64,000 nt of DNA, taken from Schizochytrium sp. TIO01. Lineage: Eukaryota; Protista; Bigyra: Labyrinthulomycetes. Numbering within the stretch: position 1 is the first letter of the stretch; each line of letters begins with the position of its first letter. Below, one piece after another: positions 11,982 to 24,532 of the stretch. The DNA lies in assembly GCA_004764695.1 (NCBI GenBank), contig SMSO01000034.1:3658001-3722000 (forward strand), given 5' to 3'. Made by a program: the position numbers and the translations under genes. The notes beneath the pieces were generated by a model. It was given only the letters and a program-made list of their open reading frames with translations, was not told the DNA's origin and did no database searches.

Positions 11982-12176
11982 CGTGGCCCTCCACGACCCC
12001 ACGCCTCGCCGGCGAGGCAACGAGTTAGCGTAACGAGAAAGGGGTTTGCGCTTTCAAATGCTTTCTTTTCTCTCTCACCCATCTTCTTCGCAGAGTTGTT
12101 CATTATTCCCCATTCTTTTCTTTCGAATTAATTTCCTTTGAAACAGACACATCGTTTCAAATGGCCTTCTTCTTTC

Positions 12177-12217
12177 TTGTTTGTTTGTTTGTTTGTTTGT
12201 TTGTTTGTTTGTTTGTT
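12177..12217. repeat. (TTTG)n microsatellite
   Basis: About 10 perfect units, read directly. Confidence 0.95.
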
Positions 12218-13118
12218 AGTTCACCCATTCAAATTCTTTCTTTCGCTCTTTATTATCACTTTCATAATGAAATAGCACCTATGCAGCACTACTCATATTA
12301 AACCTCCATTCGACTTGTTCTTCTTTCGCGCATTCCTTCGCTCGTTCTGAACTTCTTCTTCGTTTCGTCTTCTTCCTTTTCTCTTTTCCACGGCACTCAA
12401 TATGTACGCATCATGATATTATTAGAACTCCATAGTAGACTTTTCCCTCCTCCGTACTTTATTTTAAAACAAAATGGAATTGTTTTCCTTCTCTAAAAAA
12501 TTGTACATATATGTTCTGTTCCTTTCCTTTTGAATTTATTTAAATTTAAAAAAAAAAAAACTTAAAAACACTTACAAAAAAACTAAAAACAAAAAAAAAC
12601 TCTAAAACAGCAGATCAGGATTCGTCATTTCCTTCGCCACAGTTTACGTCTGTCACTTTTCGATTTCGCCGGACCAGAAGCAGAAAGCCGCCCTTGCTTT
12701 CACCACCCATACTAAAGCGCCAAAGCCGCAGTCTTCTCCTTCTCTACCCATATCTCCTCCCTCCCTTTCAACCTCCAACAGAACGAAAGCGCACATCATG
12801 ATGATTGGGTGATCATTTATTTATTTATCTATTTATTTATTCATTAAGAATAATAAATAACGAATATTAAGTAATTTATTATTTACTTAATCGATCGATT
12901 GATTTCCTTCCGCTGTCTTTTCGCTGTCTTTTCAAGTTTTCAAACTTCTTCTAGCTAAGCGCCTAGCTAGCTGACCAGTAGCACTGCCGTAGCTCGCAAT
13001 TCCTCTCCTGAGCCTCCCATCGCGCCTTGCTGAGCTTGTATCAAACTCACAGCAGCAGTTTCCTTCTGCTGCCGCCACCGACTCATCTCATATTGAGTGA
13101 CTCTGAGTAACTCATATT

Positions 13119-13145
13119 GAGAGAGAGAGAGAGAGAGAGAGAGAG
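13119..13145. repeat. (GA)n microsatellite
   Basis: Perfect dinucleotide run, read directly. Confidence 0.95.
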
Positions 13146-14020
13146 TGAGTGGTTTCTCTGCGATTGGCGCCAACTTTGGGTCTCTTCTTCTCAGAGAGGG
13201 GCCTTCCCGAGGCCGCCTGTTCGCCGCTTCCCGAGGCCTGGTTTGGCTTGGCTGCTGGCTGCCAAGCGAGAGAGCGAGAGGGGAAGACGATAAGAAGGAG
13301 GGAGGCCTGGGAGGCCAGGAACGGAGATTCCCGCGCCTCGAAGAACCGCGACGCCGAGAACCCGAGCGGCCCCTCCGCAAGTAGACTATACGGCCTGCAA
13401 GTGGACTTTAGCCTCGATTTTCCATTTGCAGACCAAAATGTTTCACTTTGCGAAGCTCGCTATCTATCTGTCTGTAGTACTGTTCTTCTTGGTCTGCTTC
13501 TTCTCTCTCATTGAGTCTCATTTCCATGTATTTTATTTTATTTTTTTTAAACTAAATTATAATTTTATTTTATTTTATTTTATTTCTGTTTAAATTAAAA
13601 TGCCTTTTTTCGATTGTTGCTTTACGTTGTACTTTAGTCACGGCATTTTCAACTTTTAGAAACTTCATCCGCTTTCCTTCCGCTGTAGTAATAAGGCGCA
13701 GCAAGCAAGTTAACCTGTTTATCTATCCGAAAAGAGAAAATACTCAGGCGGCAGAGAAACAATACCATCTCGCTTTCAAAAGAGCAGTCCCTGCTAAGCG
13801 CTCCCATAGCAGTAGCTAAGCTGCCTTCTCCTCCTCTTCTCTGCAATGAGGGTCTTTGGCCCAAACCTTTGAGAGAAAGTCCTCTCTTTCCCCCCTTAGC
13901 ACCCACTAGTGCCTGCCTAGCAACGTGCGCCAAGCTGAGCGCGTTTTTAAAGTTATCATAATCAATGCTAAAACATGTTTAAGAATTAAACTTTAATTTT
14001 CAAACAGCCAAAGTCGTCGT

Positions 14021-14138
14021 GAATGAATGAATGAATGAATGAATGAATGAATGAATGAATGAATGAATGAATGAATGAATGAATGAATGAATGAATGAAT
14101 GAATGAATGAATGAATAAATGAATGAATGAATGAATGA
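14021..14138. repeat. (GAAT)n microsatellite, about 29 units with one variant
   Basis: Read directly. It explains the spurious HSFI-repeat ORFs. Confidence 0.97.
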
Positions 14139-16766
14139 GTACGGCCTCTTCGAAAACCCTCCATTCGTCGAAGCGTAGCTGAGCCAATCCCGATTCTGCC
14201 GAGCCGGCGCTGACCCGAGCGCGGCAGGAGACCGGCGCCTCGCTCGCTCTTGCACGGGACAGCCTGGCACACGCTCGCACCAGGCAGGCAGGCAGAGGCA
14301 GGCAGGCGAGCTCGCTCTGTCTGTGGAGGAAAGAAAGGCAGAGAACGAGGGCCAAAGGAGGAGGAGGCGGCAGCAGCAGTCTCCGTTCTCTCTGAGGTGA
14401 AAGAGAACGGCACTCACTCACTCGTCGATCTGCGGTGATTAAGGCGGAGCAGAGAGAACGGCGAAGGAACACGCGCCCACTCACATGATGCGTAGACAGT
14501 GTAGGAAGGGGAGAACAGAGAACGCCCCATGAAGAAGCAGACAGAACAAAGAGGGTTTGTTTCTTTGTTTGTTTGTCTGTTTGTTTGTCTGTTTGTTTGC
14601 ACGAACAGAAGAGAGCCTGAAGAAACGGAGTCTGAAGGTCTCGAAGCTTGCTCAGAGCTGCTCTGTCTGGACAGATGGCGTCTTCGCCACAGTTTGGTGC
14701 CTCGTCTCCTCAGCTCCTTCAGTTTATACGCTTCGGCATCCCGTGGATTTATTTTTGGTATCGATTGCAGAATCAAGTTATGAAATTGAGAGAACCTGGA
14801 CCTTGGCTGCCGGGAGGACCTATGGCGATAAGGTGGACGGGAGAACACCGCCATGGGCCCGTCGGCGAAAGGTCTATCGAAAGACCATCACGCTGATGCG
14901 CAATGGTGAATGCAGGAATTAACTTCGCCTCGAAAACGCTGTGTTTGTTTCTTGTAAAGCAATGCAAGGCGGCAAGTCTTCATTCAGGTGCACTGCACAT
15001 CTTCTTGCCTGCTGTAGCGAGTGAGTCTTTCTCGACTGAAATACTGCATATTTATCATATATTCTGTTTCATTAATATCTATTCTTTATCTTCAAATGGC
15101 ATTGTTATTTTTATTTCATCTTTTTAAATGTACTAATAGAAGCAGTAATAGAAAAACGAGCCCTTCCAAGTTAGTACCCTACCTATGGATTTTAGTATGC
15201 TCGAGTTCAGCTTTTGACAAAACAGAACATGTTTTCCTACTCTATTTTTTCTTTTTTCTTTTTTCAATTGCCAAAAGGTGCTTTAAAAAAAAAAAATGTT
15301 AATTTTTTTAATCACTATTATTATCTCTCGCAGTGTTAGTATTTTAATTTTTAAAATGATTTGTAGAATATGTAAATAAAATGATCAAACGTTGGAATCA
15401 GAATCGATGGAAAGATTTCCAGCTCAGGAGGAAAACCTTCGCAAAGCTTGCGTGGGAGAGCTGAAGACCTCCGTTGCTGCTGTGCCAACTGTGAACTTGG
15501 GACGAAGCAGCGGCAGCCGCCTTGAATCTCGCATCGACCTCCCCATTTAATATCTGATTCCTGGTGCCGCATTCTTGCTTCCTGCCCGCCACCTTTCGTA
15601 CCAGTACCTACCGTGTTCTGTACCGTGGGACGCCCATATATATCCCTTAGGAGGTAAGATAAAGATAGTTTTATCACCATGAGAAGAACGACGAGAGAAA
15701 CCTCCAGTTTCTCACTCTTACTCCCTGTCTCTGTCTCCTCCACCTGTTAGAACACCTCAGCGCAAATAACACCTAGATACTGGTAAATAAACATGTACCC
15801 TACCAGTTAGTAGTATCTCTTCAAGCTTGGGTTTTCTCTTTTCATTGTTGCTGTTCGATTACCGCTACTGAAAATTACCTTTCAGTATTTTTAATATTGA
15901 AAGTAAAGTAAATAGATTTCAAAAATTGGATTAAAGCATTTTTAGAATGGCGATTATGGCGATAACTAATTACCATTCTCTTGAAACACAAGTAAAAGTT
16001 AATGTAGTATTTAACATTCAAGTAAAGTACGAATAAAAGTAGACCAATAGCCATCAAAGGGGGAGGTAGGGAATAGCAGGGCTCATTAAAGTTCGCGACA
16101 GCACTGGAGATCGTGGTACGCAAAAAGGAGTTTGGCTGCAGTAGGTTGAAACGATTCAGAAATAAATGCCTGCTTAGGAACGAACCCCCAAACCCCGAAA
16201 GCGATCGCTTTCTTAGTGACGATCTTCGAAAACGATCTTCTTCGAGCTCGCGTACGGACAAAGGGCGATGAGCGCTCAGGCTCTATCCAACGTATCGCCT
16301 GTGTTTCCTTGAAGGCTGAAGCGGCAACTCCAATGCAACATACTTTCTGTCTGCTGATGAGGGGAAATGCATTGGCCAGAGCTGCTTTTGTTCAATCAAG
16401 TCTGACTATAGAATTGCGCTCTGAGGAAAAGAAACAAAGCTTTGGGTGCTGGCGAATCAAACCACGGCGACCAGGGCATCGCAAAGCGCACCTCCTCAAG
16501 CGCGCGCACGTGTTTTCGAGATTGGCGCGGATAGACACCTACCTCTATCTCGAATAAAAACTTCGCGTGAGCGAGATTTCTTCGTAAAGTCCGGTTGAAC
16601 GAACTGATCGCAGACTTCGAAAGGAGCCTGCCTGATTCAACTCCTTTCGTCGTTCTGAAGAACCATAAATGGGTGATTGAGGCGTTGATTCGTCGATTCG
16701 TCGATTGTCTAAGTTATTGAGCCACTGAGTTAGTTAGACAGTCAGCGAGAGAGAGCCAAGGTTGGC

Positions 16767-16892
16767 CATGGATGCACGCATGGATGCACGCTCGCTTCGG
16801 GCTGAGAACTCCGCTCGCTTTCTCGTTAAACTGTGGCCACTCTCCGCGACTAGCATGGCGAATTGCATGGCGAATTGCATGGCGAATTGCAT
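16767..16892. repeat. Two related 12-bp tandem repeats: (CATGGATGCACG)x2 at 16767-16790 and (GCATGGCGAATT)x3 at 16853-16888
   Basis: Read directly. Confidence 0.9.
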
Positions 16893-18546
16893 TACGAATG
16901 CACACGCCTGAGCACGTCCAAGCTCTGCGGATCCTCTAGAGAGTGTTGTGCAGTTCGCAGCGCCTGTGTAACGTTACTGAGACGAAAATGGCCCTCCTGT
17001 ATTTTAAAGAGTGAGCATCAGCTTTCGCAGGTCTACAGAAACCTCGCTGGTCGCTTTCGAGGTTTCAATCACCAGCTGCACCTACCCCTTCGCAGGTATG
17101 AGTGAGCGTCGCTGACACAAGAACCCAGGCGGCTCCGAAGCTGCAAAGCTGCAGAGCACTTCGATTGAGCCATGCTTGGGGATCCGTCTTCTAAAAACCT
17201 CATCTGGACTGAGGCGAAGGTTTCATTCGTTCCTGATTCAACAGAACTGCTTAACACAGCGCCTGATCGTTTCATTCCCCGCCCCAACGAGCTCTCTGTG
17301 GCGGCCGCGCGCATGAAAGGTGCGTGCAGGCGTGAAATAGAAGAGAGTCGAGGATCCATCAACACAGAAAGGGCCCCCGATTGTCGATGCGGCGTGGAGC
17401 CCAAAGCGGCACTCAAACAGACAGACCGCCTACAACCTACTAGGACCTACCTACCTACGCTCGTTCTCAACGTGTTCCGTTCATTTCGAAGGCAAGCAAC
17501 CAAGTTCTTTTTGAAGGAACAAGGGCTTGAAAGAAAGAACAGTCTTCAATCAATTCCACAGAGAGATAAACTTTTTTTCACGGAAGACACAGACCGCCTA
17601 TTATGCTCAGTGTCATTTTTATTTTTAAAAATATTCGAAAGTTAGTATCGGCCTGCCATATTATCTGTTTAAGTTTAGACAGTTTCTTAATTCCAATCAA
17701 ACATCTCCTCTAAGCCGTAGATATAGATAGTACTTCCGCTGAGCCCAGGAAGCTTAGTTCGATCGCTGACTCTTTGCGCTGAGCTCTTCTTATTTCTTCC
17801 CTTTCTTCTCTACATCCAATGGCGCTGTGTTTGAGACAGCTCGAAGTACGTGCTTTGTTTCGCAAGAACTTCGAGTCTGTGCTCGACACTGTCGAAAGCC
17901 GGGCCTGAAGCAAGCAAGCAAGCAACACGCACGACCAAGATTGCCTTCGCCCAAAGCCTGAGCAGCTATCGCCATTGGCAGTTCGCGAGAGCGGGAAATG
18001 ATAACGATTAGAAGCGCCTCTACTTCGCGATTGAGAAGGCCAAAGACGACAAGAAGAAGAAGAAGAGAAGAAGTGAAAGATCAGCGCCGAATTATTGCTG
18101 TTCTTTCACGAAATCACCTGTTAGGACTAAGCTACTACTGCAAGAAAGAAACAAGAAAAAAACGCTTAGTTTCATTATAATGGGAGTTTGAAAGTTTCTC
18201 ATTTCTTTGCGTCTTTAATTTTTATTTGATGTTATTTTTTAGTTAAAATAAAAAATCAATCGAGGTATTCAAGGTTTCTTTTCGCCTCCTGAAGATGAAG
18301 AGATTTGGTATTCTCTTTTAATTGAAATAAAATGTTTCAGGCTCTTGTGGTTCACACATTTAAAAAGAATCGTTTCAACTTGTGTGTATGCAGCATGTAC
18401 GTATGGTTGATATTTAATTTTTATCATTATAAAGTCTATTCTAAGGATGGCATAAATAACATACAGCAATGTCGTAAGTCTCGCCAGTGTGGGCATAGCA
18501 AGGACCGAGGCCGGGCTGAACGAATATAGAAGCCAAACCAACAACT

Positions 18547-18570
18547 AAACGAAACGAAACGAAACGAAAC
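18547..18570. repeat. (AAACG)n pentanucleotide repeat
   Basis: About 4.5 units, read directly. Confidence 0.85.
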
Positions 18571-21500
18571 CAACCCGTGCCACTGCCGACATTGCCGTCT
18601 CCTGGAACCTCCAGCCTCAGACAGAAGCGAGGAAACCGGGCACGCTGCAGAGAACGCTGACTGCAGACGGGTCTACCCCATCCATGCATGCATGAGTGCG
18701 GGTCTCCGTCCAGCATGAGTTCCCAAGATCAATAATGGAAACGGTGATCAAGACAAAAGCATGAAGAGCAAAACCAAGATCTTCTTTGGTTTATCAACTC
18801 TTTCATTCTCGCGCGATGAAGCACTTAGACCTCAAATGCACCAGGGTTTACGCGTCTCATCTGCATTGCTTTACTGTAAAATGTCTGCCATCTTCGCCTC
18901 GCCTTGAATAAATCCGGGTTTAGCACGTGAATTTGTGTGCAGATATGATATGACGGCTACCGCTGTTGCAACAAAGGTGAACAAAACAATTGGCTTTCAT
19001 CCGGCCAATGATTCGTGACATTGATCGCTGTTGTATGCTGTCACTTTGAGCTAAATCTGATGGCGTGTTTATCTCTCTGCCTGGCACCTCTACATAATCC
19101 AAAGGTATTCACTTTTGGCTTGTTGCCGAGAGACATTCAATAAGATTTGCAAAGTCTGGTTTTGCTTAGTTGTACCAATGCGGCAAAGCAAAGCAAAGCA
19201 AAGGCACAAAGCAGAACATCGAACGAAGATGGATCGCTTATGCTAAAATTGTTGCATGTGATCAGATTTATAAAAAGTGCAAATCTGTGACTTCGATTGC
19301 GAATCAATCACACAGATGTTTCGATGCGCAGGGATGCGTACAAAGACACGATGCTTTGGTGGGATGGTGTTGGAGCTGAAGTGCCGTCCTGTGTGTTCTG
19401 TCTGACGGCGGCTCTGGTGTAGTCGGCGATTGAGATGATCAGCAGCCTACAGGTAGATGGCCGAGAACCAAGCTTGTTTGCTGATGGCGTGGTTGCTGGA
19501 GAACCATCTTGAAAGGCGAGTACGGAGAAGACAAGAAATCGAACGAACTTGTTGAACCTTGAAGGAGTAATCTTAGTTGTAGAAATGGTTTATTTCCGTG
19601 AGGGCAGCTTTCCCGATCATCATTTTGTTGATGGGCAGCATTGTTTTGCAGCAACAGTGAAACTTGGCTTGAGAAACCATGGCACACAGCACATACAGCT
19701 GCGGCTGAATATAATATGCAATACAGATTCTTTTGGAAATCTGACAGCCTGAACGATATGGCGTATCGTCTGTATCCCGAAACCGATACTTGCCTCGGGC
19801 CTGTGAAGAGCTGGGCCACAGGCGCTACAGACGATTTTTTCATGCTGTCCCTTAAACCTCTCAACTTGATTTATTTATTTATCTACTTTAGTTATTCTTT
19901 TTATTTATTATTTGAGTTTAAAAGAATAAAAACAAAAAAACAAAAACATATTTTTCCATTCAGTATAATAGGTCCTTAAATTTAAATGTATATATAAACT
20001 ACCGTCAAGGTAGATGCACCTGACAGTAGCTTTTTTTTATTATCTACGTGTCACTATTATTATTAAAAGATAATTAAAACATATTTTTCATCTTCTAATA
20101 TTTCTTTATTTAATCTTTTCTTTTATTGGTATAGAACCAGTTGTCAGAATCACATGAGTTCGCTAAAATTCATGAAGAGCATGGACTCAGTCGTGACCTG
20201 AATTATGATAGCTTTGTGACTTGATATCAGGCGAGCAAATTTCGACAGACATGAATTGCCACGACGGAGGACCCTTCCTTGAATTCAAAGCACTAGGCAC
20301 GCATCAGTCTCGGCCCAATACAGTTCAATCAAGTTGGTTGGAGCGGTTTCTGCTGCCTTCCGAGAGACACGCTTCAGCATGCATATGGCAAAGCCGAGCA
20401 GAACATCTCGTTTCCATGATGTGTTGAATTCTTCATCATCACCTCTACAGATCTACTCCCCATCACGACAAAAACCTTCAGCTCTTGCTTCAGCGATTTC
20501 ACACAGAACTCTCGTGTCTGCCCACTCATCGAACGGACGTCAAATATAGCCACTCGTTGACACGATACAGCCTCGTGCATCGGCATGATCCAAATATCTG
20601 AAAGAAAGTCAATATCGAACATGCTGTTGTTGATTCATCATGAATGACAAGTTAGTCAATCGCAAGAAAGTACTCGTCAAGGCATTATCGGCTAGCATTA
20701 ACTTATCCATTCATGCTTAGCAAGGGGATTACTGGCCTGAAATGAAGGCCGTCTCCCTCTACGACGAGTTCAACTTGAATTGCTGGGGCGACAGTATTTA
20801 TTGATTTATTGATCTGAATGAATTTGTGGGACACCACAGTGCTGAGCTGAGCCTCGGAGAAGTTTTGCTTTTTTCTTGCTTTTTGTGTGTGTGAGGTTGT
20901 GAGGCACTAGGGTTAGACGCTTTCACGCATGACCTCAAAGAGAATGTTAACACGATGAACCAAAGTTATACCAAATCTAGAGCGAGCTGATAGTGTGGTA
21001 CAAATGTGGGCCTAACCTACTACTTGACTAGCTATAAAAAGAAAGTGGTAACGGGTAATGGAGGTGAATTGCGACTTTGTACAGAGAGATTCCTTCTCAT
21101 CAAGAAGACAGTCGTTCATATTCCCGATGTTTGCTTAGTGAAGTGAGGGGTCCCGCAAATGCTGATCGACACTAATACAGAAAAGACTGGTCCGGATCAG
21201 AACTCAAGAGAAAGGCTTCAGAAATGAAGCCTAGCTTTCATAACATACCATGCGCATGCATACTCTTTAAGGCTTTGTGTGGACAAAGTTGATCGCAACC
21301 ATGATCTTTTCTCTTTTCTTTTTTTTAATGAAGAAGCTGAAAAAAGCTTAACGCCGGGCAGGTAACGTGCAAGAGAACATACCTGTCCAAGCACATTTCA
21401 TAGAAAATACTAGATCGCTACGTCTTCTTTGTGCTGCCTTAGAAATGAGTAGATGCGCTGGTAGATATATATGAGTGAAGGACGTCAACGGGTCACTACA

Positions 21501-22410
21501 GGTTTACGACGAGAGCAATACTCTTTATAAAAGCCTGTTGTAGAATCGGAGAATACTAAATTAAATTTGCTCACTTATTTGTCTATTGGAGGAAACGACT
21601 ACATTACCACGGTGGCTCCATTCACTCACTACCATAATGCCATTCCGATTGTTTTTCTTACCAAGTTTGACACTTACACTGAGTTGTCTGATGGCGCATG
21701 AGACTCTTGCCAGTCGAAATTAGAGGTGAAAGCACAGGGAGACAAAAGAAAAACAAGGGAATGTGACATTCAAAAAGGCACAAAGCTCGTGCAGACCTGA
21801 CTTTTGTACATGGAAATAACGTATTATGAATTTGTCTTGCAAAATGGCAGGCTAAAGAGAGTGAAACAGAAAAAAGAACGACCACAACGTGGGACTGAGA
21901 GAGCAGCCAGGCCACAGCGAGCCTGCGAAACCTCATCCAAGCCCACAGTAACTCATCCTTTAGCGTCACAGCATCGATAAGCCGGTTGTGAAAAAGTAAA
22001 AGGCAACGACCTTCAAAAATAAAGAAAGCAGAAGAGAATGTAGAATTGGCCTCCCCGTGTCCACGGCTGAGGACATAAGACGGAAGGCCACGAAAGTGGA
22101 TCGCCATGGGCCAAACATGAAGATCCACAGAAGTGATCAAAAAGGATGATTGAACAGAAGAGAAACATTGTGAGAAAACAGGAACGCACCAATTTAAAGA
22201 GGAAGATCCCCCTGAGGTGCCAACCGAGCAATACCTATCTCTGCACCCAAATAGTTGTCGCAGAAGGAAGTGCACAGCGCCACAGGGCTGGTAGCCAAAT
22301 CTCGCTTAACCAAGAAAGCAAACTCTTTTTTTGTTTTTGAAATTGAGCAACATGCGTGAACTTCTTCACAATAATGAACGATACCTGCCTCATTGTGGCT
22401 GCAGCTGTCC

Positions 22411-22872
22411 TTAAAAGTCCATTTTGGCCGCGAATGAAGAGCCACAGCCGCACCCTGACTCGGCATTGGGGTTGTCGACAACCTCAAAGGAACGGCGAAT
22501 GAGATCCTCCGTGAAGTCAATCTTGGATCCCCTCACAAGATCAAGCGAAACGTCGTCAACCACAACCTTCGTGCCGTGCTGCTCAAAGACAATGTCTTCA
22601 GCAGAAGGGGGCTTGTCTGTGACGTCAAAAACGTAGGAAAATCCGGAGCAGCCACCGCCCTCGACGGAGAGGCGGAGCATAAGCTCGGAGTTGCCCTTCT
22701 TCTCCTGAAGCTCCTTGATACGCTGAGCACCCTTCTCAGTAAGGGTGATTCCCTGCGCGGCGGCCTCCTCAGAGAAGGCACGAACAGCGCTGACGCCACT
22801 GGAACGTGCCATCACGAGGCCCATCATGCCAGGGCGAGCCCGGAGGCCACTACGAACAGCAGCTGCGAGCAT
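22411..22872 (-). CDS. ISCA2: Mitochondrial iron-sulfur cluster assembly A-type carrier (HesB/IscA family, ISCA2-like)
   Basis: Arg-rich presequence (MLAAAVRSGLRARPG). Family motifs LRLSVEGGGCSGFSY, IDFTEDLIRRSF and CGCGSSF. First ATG at 22872. Confidence 0.93.
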   Translation of the reverse strand: MLAAAVRSGLRARPGMMGLVMARSSGVSAVRAFSEEAAAQGITLTEKGAQRIKELQEKKGNSELMLRLSVEGGGCSGFSYVFDVTDKPPSAEDIVFEQHGTKVVVDDVSLDLVRGSKIDFTEDLIRRSFEVVDNPNAESGCGCGSSFAAKMDF

Positions 22873-22900
22873 CCTCAAGTCTTGTCCAATAAACTAAAAC

Positions 22901-23042
22901 CTGTGCAACAAACAAAGATGCGCCAAACGCGACCTTTGCTCCTATCGCTCAAACTTTAAGTCCCTCAGAATGCGATTTACTTCGACTCCGCTTCTTCTCT
23001 TCTTCTCTTCTTCTCTGCTCGAAAAATGAAAAGTCAGCTTAC
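22901..23042 (-). other. Putative 5' UTR intron of ISCA2 (142 nt)
   Basis: Minus-strand GTAAGC donor at 23042 and TTGCACAG acceptor ending at 22901, 28 nt before the ATG. Confidence 0.6.
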
Positions 23043-24245
23043 GCCGTGTTTTTTTTGACTTATTTTATTTTTCAAGTTCTTCCTAGTACTACTATGTACT
23101 GCTACTTCAACTATAGGCCTGTTCTGATAGCTGTTCCATTAATAGAGCTATCTACTACTATTAAAGCCATGGCGTTCTTTTTCCCCGACGGGGTCCTACC
23201 CAAAGTGTTAGGCGGTACTACCGACGAGCACTGCCGATGCTAATCAGGCTAAATGTTCTTTTACAGGTCCTATGAGGTGTTCCGAACGTTCCGTTCTGAA
23301 TCTATAGTGTTCACTTCACTCTTTTGTTCTCCTACAGATCACGTTTCGGAGATGGATGATTTTAGTGACAGCTCAGATACAACATACAATTAAGTGTCTT
23401 CAAAGCGCAGATAAGTGCAATGGCATGGCGACAATGTGACAAAGTAATTCTGAGCTCAGACTACTATTCTGAGTCTCCTTCGAAGATAAATCCTGCATTG
23501 GGGATTGAGTTGGAGAACTTGTAGAGAGAGCTAGGTTCCTCTGTTCGTGCAATCTCAACTTTGCCGCGCCTTTCGGAAGAACCTCTCTATCAACTCTCCC
23601 ACCAAGCCCCCTTTCAAAGAAAGATAACAACGTACCATAGGGTTCCGAGAGGGGTACTCTGAAAGGTTTGTAAAGTTGGTTTCGCCGAGTTCATCAAATG
23701 TCCGCATTTGCCTCAATGTAAAATCAGAATTGCTGAGAGAGAAAAATATTGAGGCAACGCCACTCGCAACTACAGAACCTGAGCGGCCCTCTTGTATACA
23801 ATATGCGTTATTCCCTCCATGGTAGGCTCTTCTCTCGTGCCTCCCCGTCCTTCACGGACTTTCCAGCCTGGCTTGCGCAGGGTTCCAATGCAGGAATTTC
23901 CTCGTCGCCGTGCATTTACAAACGGGAAATATAGAGAGAGGTAGTCCTACTGATAAAACTAGCAGAGAGGGTAGCTACGGTCTATGTTTACCTAGTTTAA
24001 AAACGAAAGCTAAAAAGAAAAACAAATGATGGAAACCCATTCTTCAGATTGATAAAAAGCACACCAACTTGGAATAAACAGTGCTCTCTTGCGTCCTGAT
24101 TACTCGCCAGCTGTTCAGAGACACTCCAATCGTTCACCTGCAAGACTTATGGCAAATCAGTGAGAGGAAGAGGATGAGAGAGCATTTCGATTGGAACGAA
24201 TATGGTTAGTTTTGCGGAAAAACATTCTCGTCCTTCACTGAGCAG

Positions 24246-24421
24246 GTAGGTAGCGTAGCTATTGACTAGTGTCTATCTAAGCCTCTTTACGATTTGGAAT
24301 AGTATAATACGTTTGCGTGCCTAAGTCTGCTCCTCGAGTTGTTTGGTTTCATTCCTTGTAGTTTGTTTGCTTGTTTGATTGTTTGTTTGTCGGGTTATCA
24401 TTTCTTCTTGGGCGTCCGCAG
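24246..24421 (+). other. Putative 5' UTR intron of COX11
   Basis: CAG|GTAGGT donor at 24246, a TTTG-rich tract, and a GCAG acceptor ending at 24421. Confidence 0.55.
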
Positions 24422-24532
24422 GCGAGATCAGGAGGTCAAACTCGATCTAGCTGCGTGTTGCTGGTGTATTGCTGTCTGGATTGCCAGGTTATTTCGCTTT
24501 GAACTGCCTCCACAGCGAAGTTAGAAACAGCC

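Noticed and set aside
13986-14484. Three overlapping ORFs with HSFI repeats
   Set aside because: They are translations of the stop-free (ATTC)n microsatellite.
17172-17645. 157-aa ORF containing DRFIPR, like the Cdc20/Cdh1 C-box
   Set aside because: It lacks the final Arg of DR[FY]IPxR, no WD40 domain follows, and it runs into low-complexity sequence. Probably chance.
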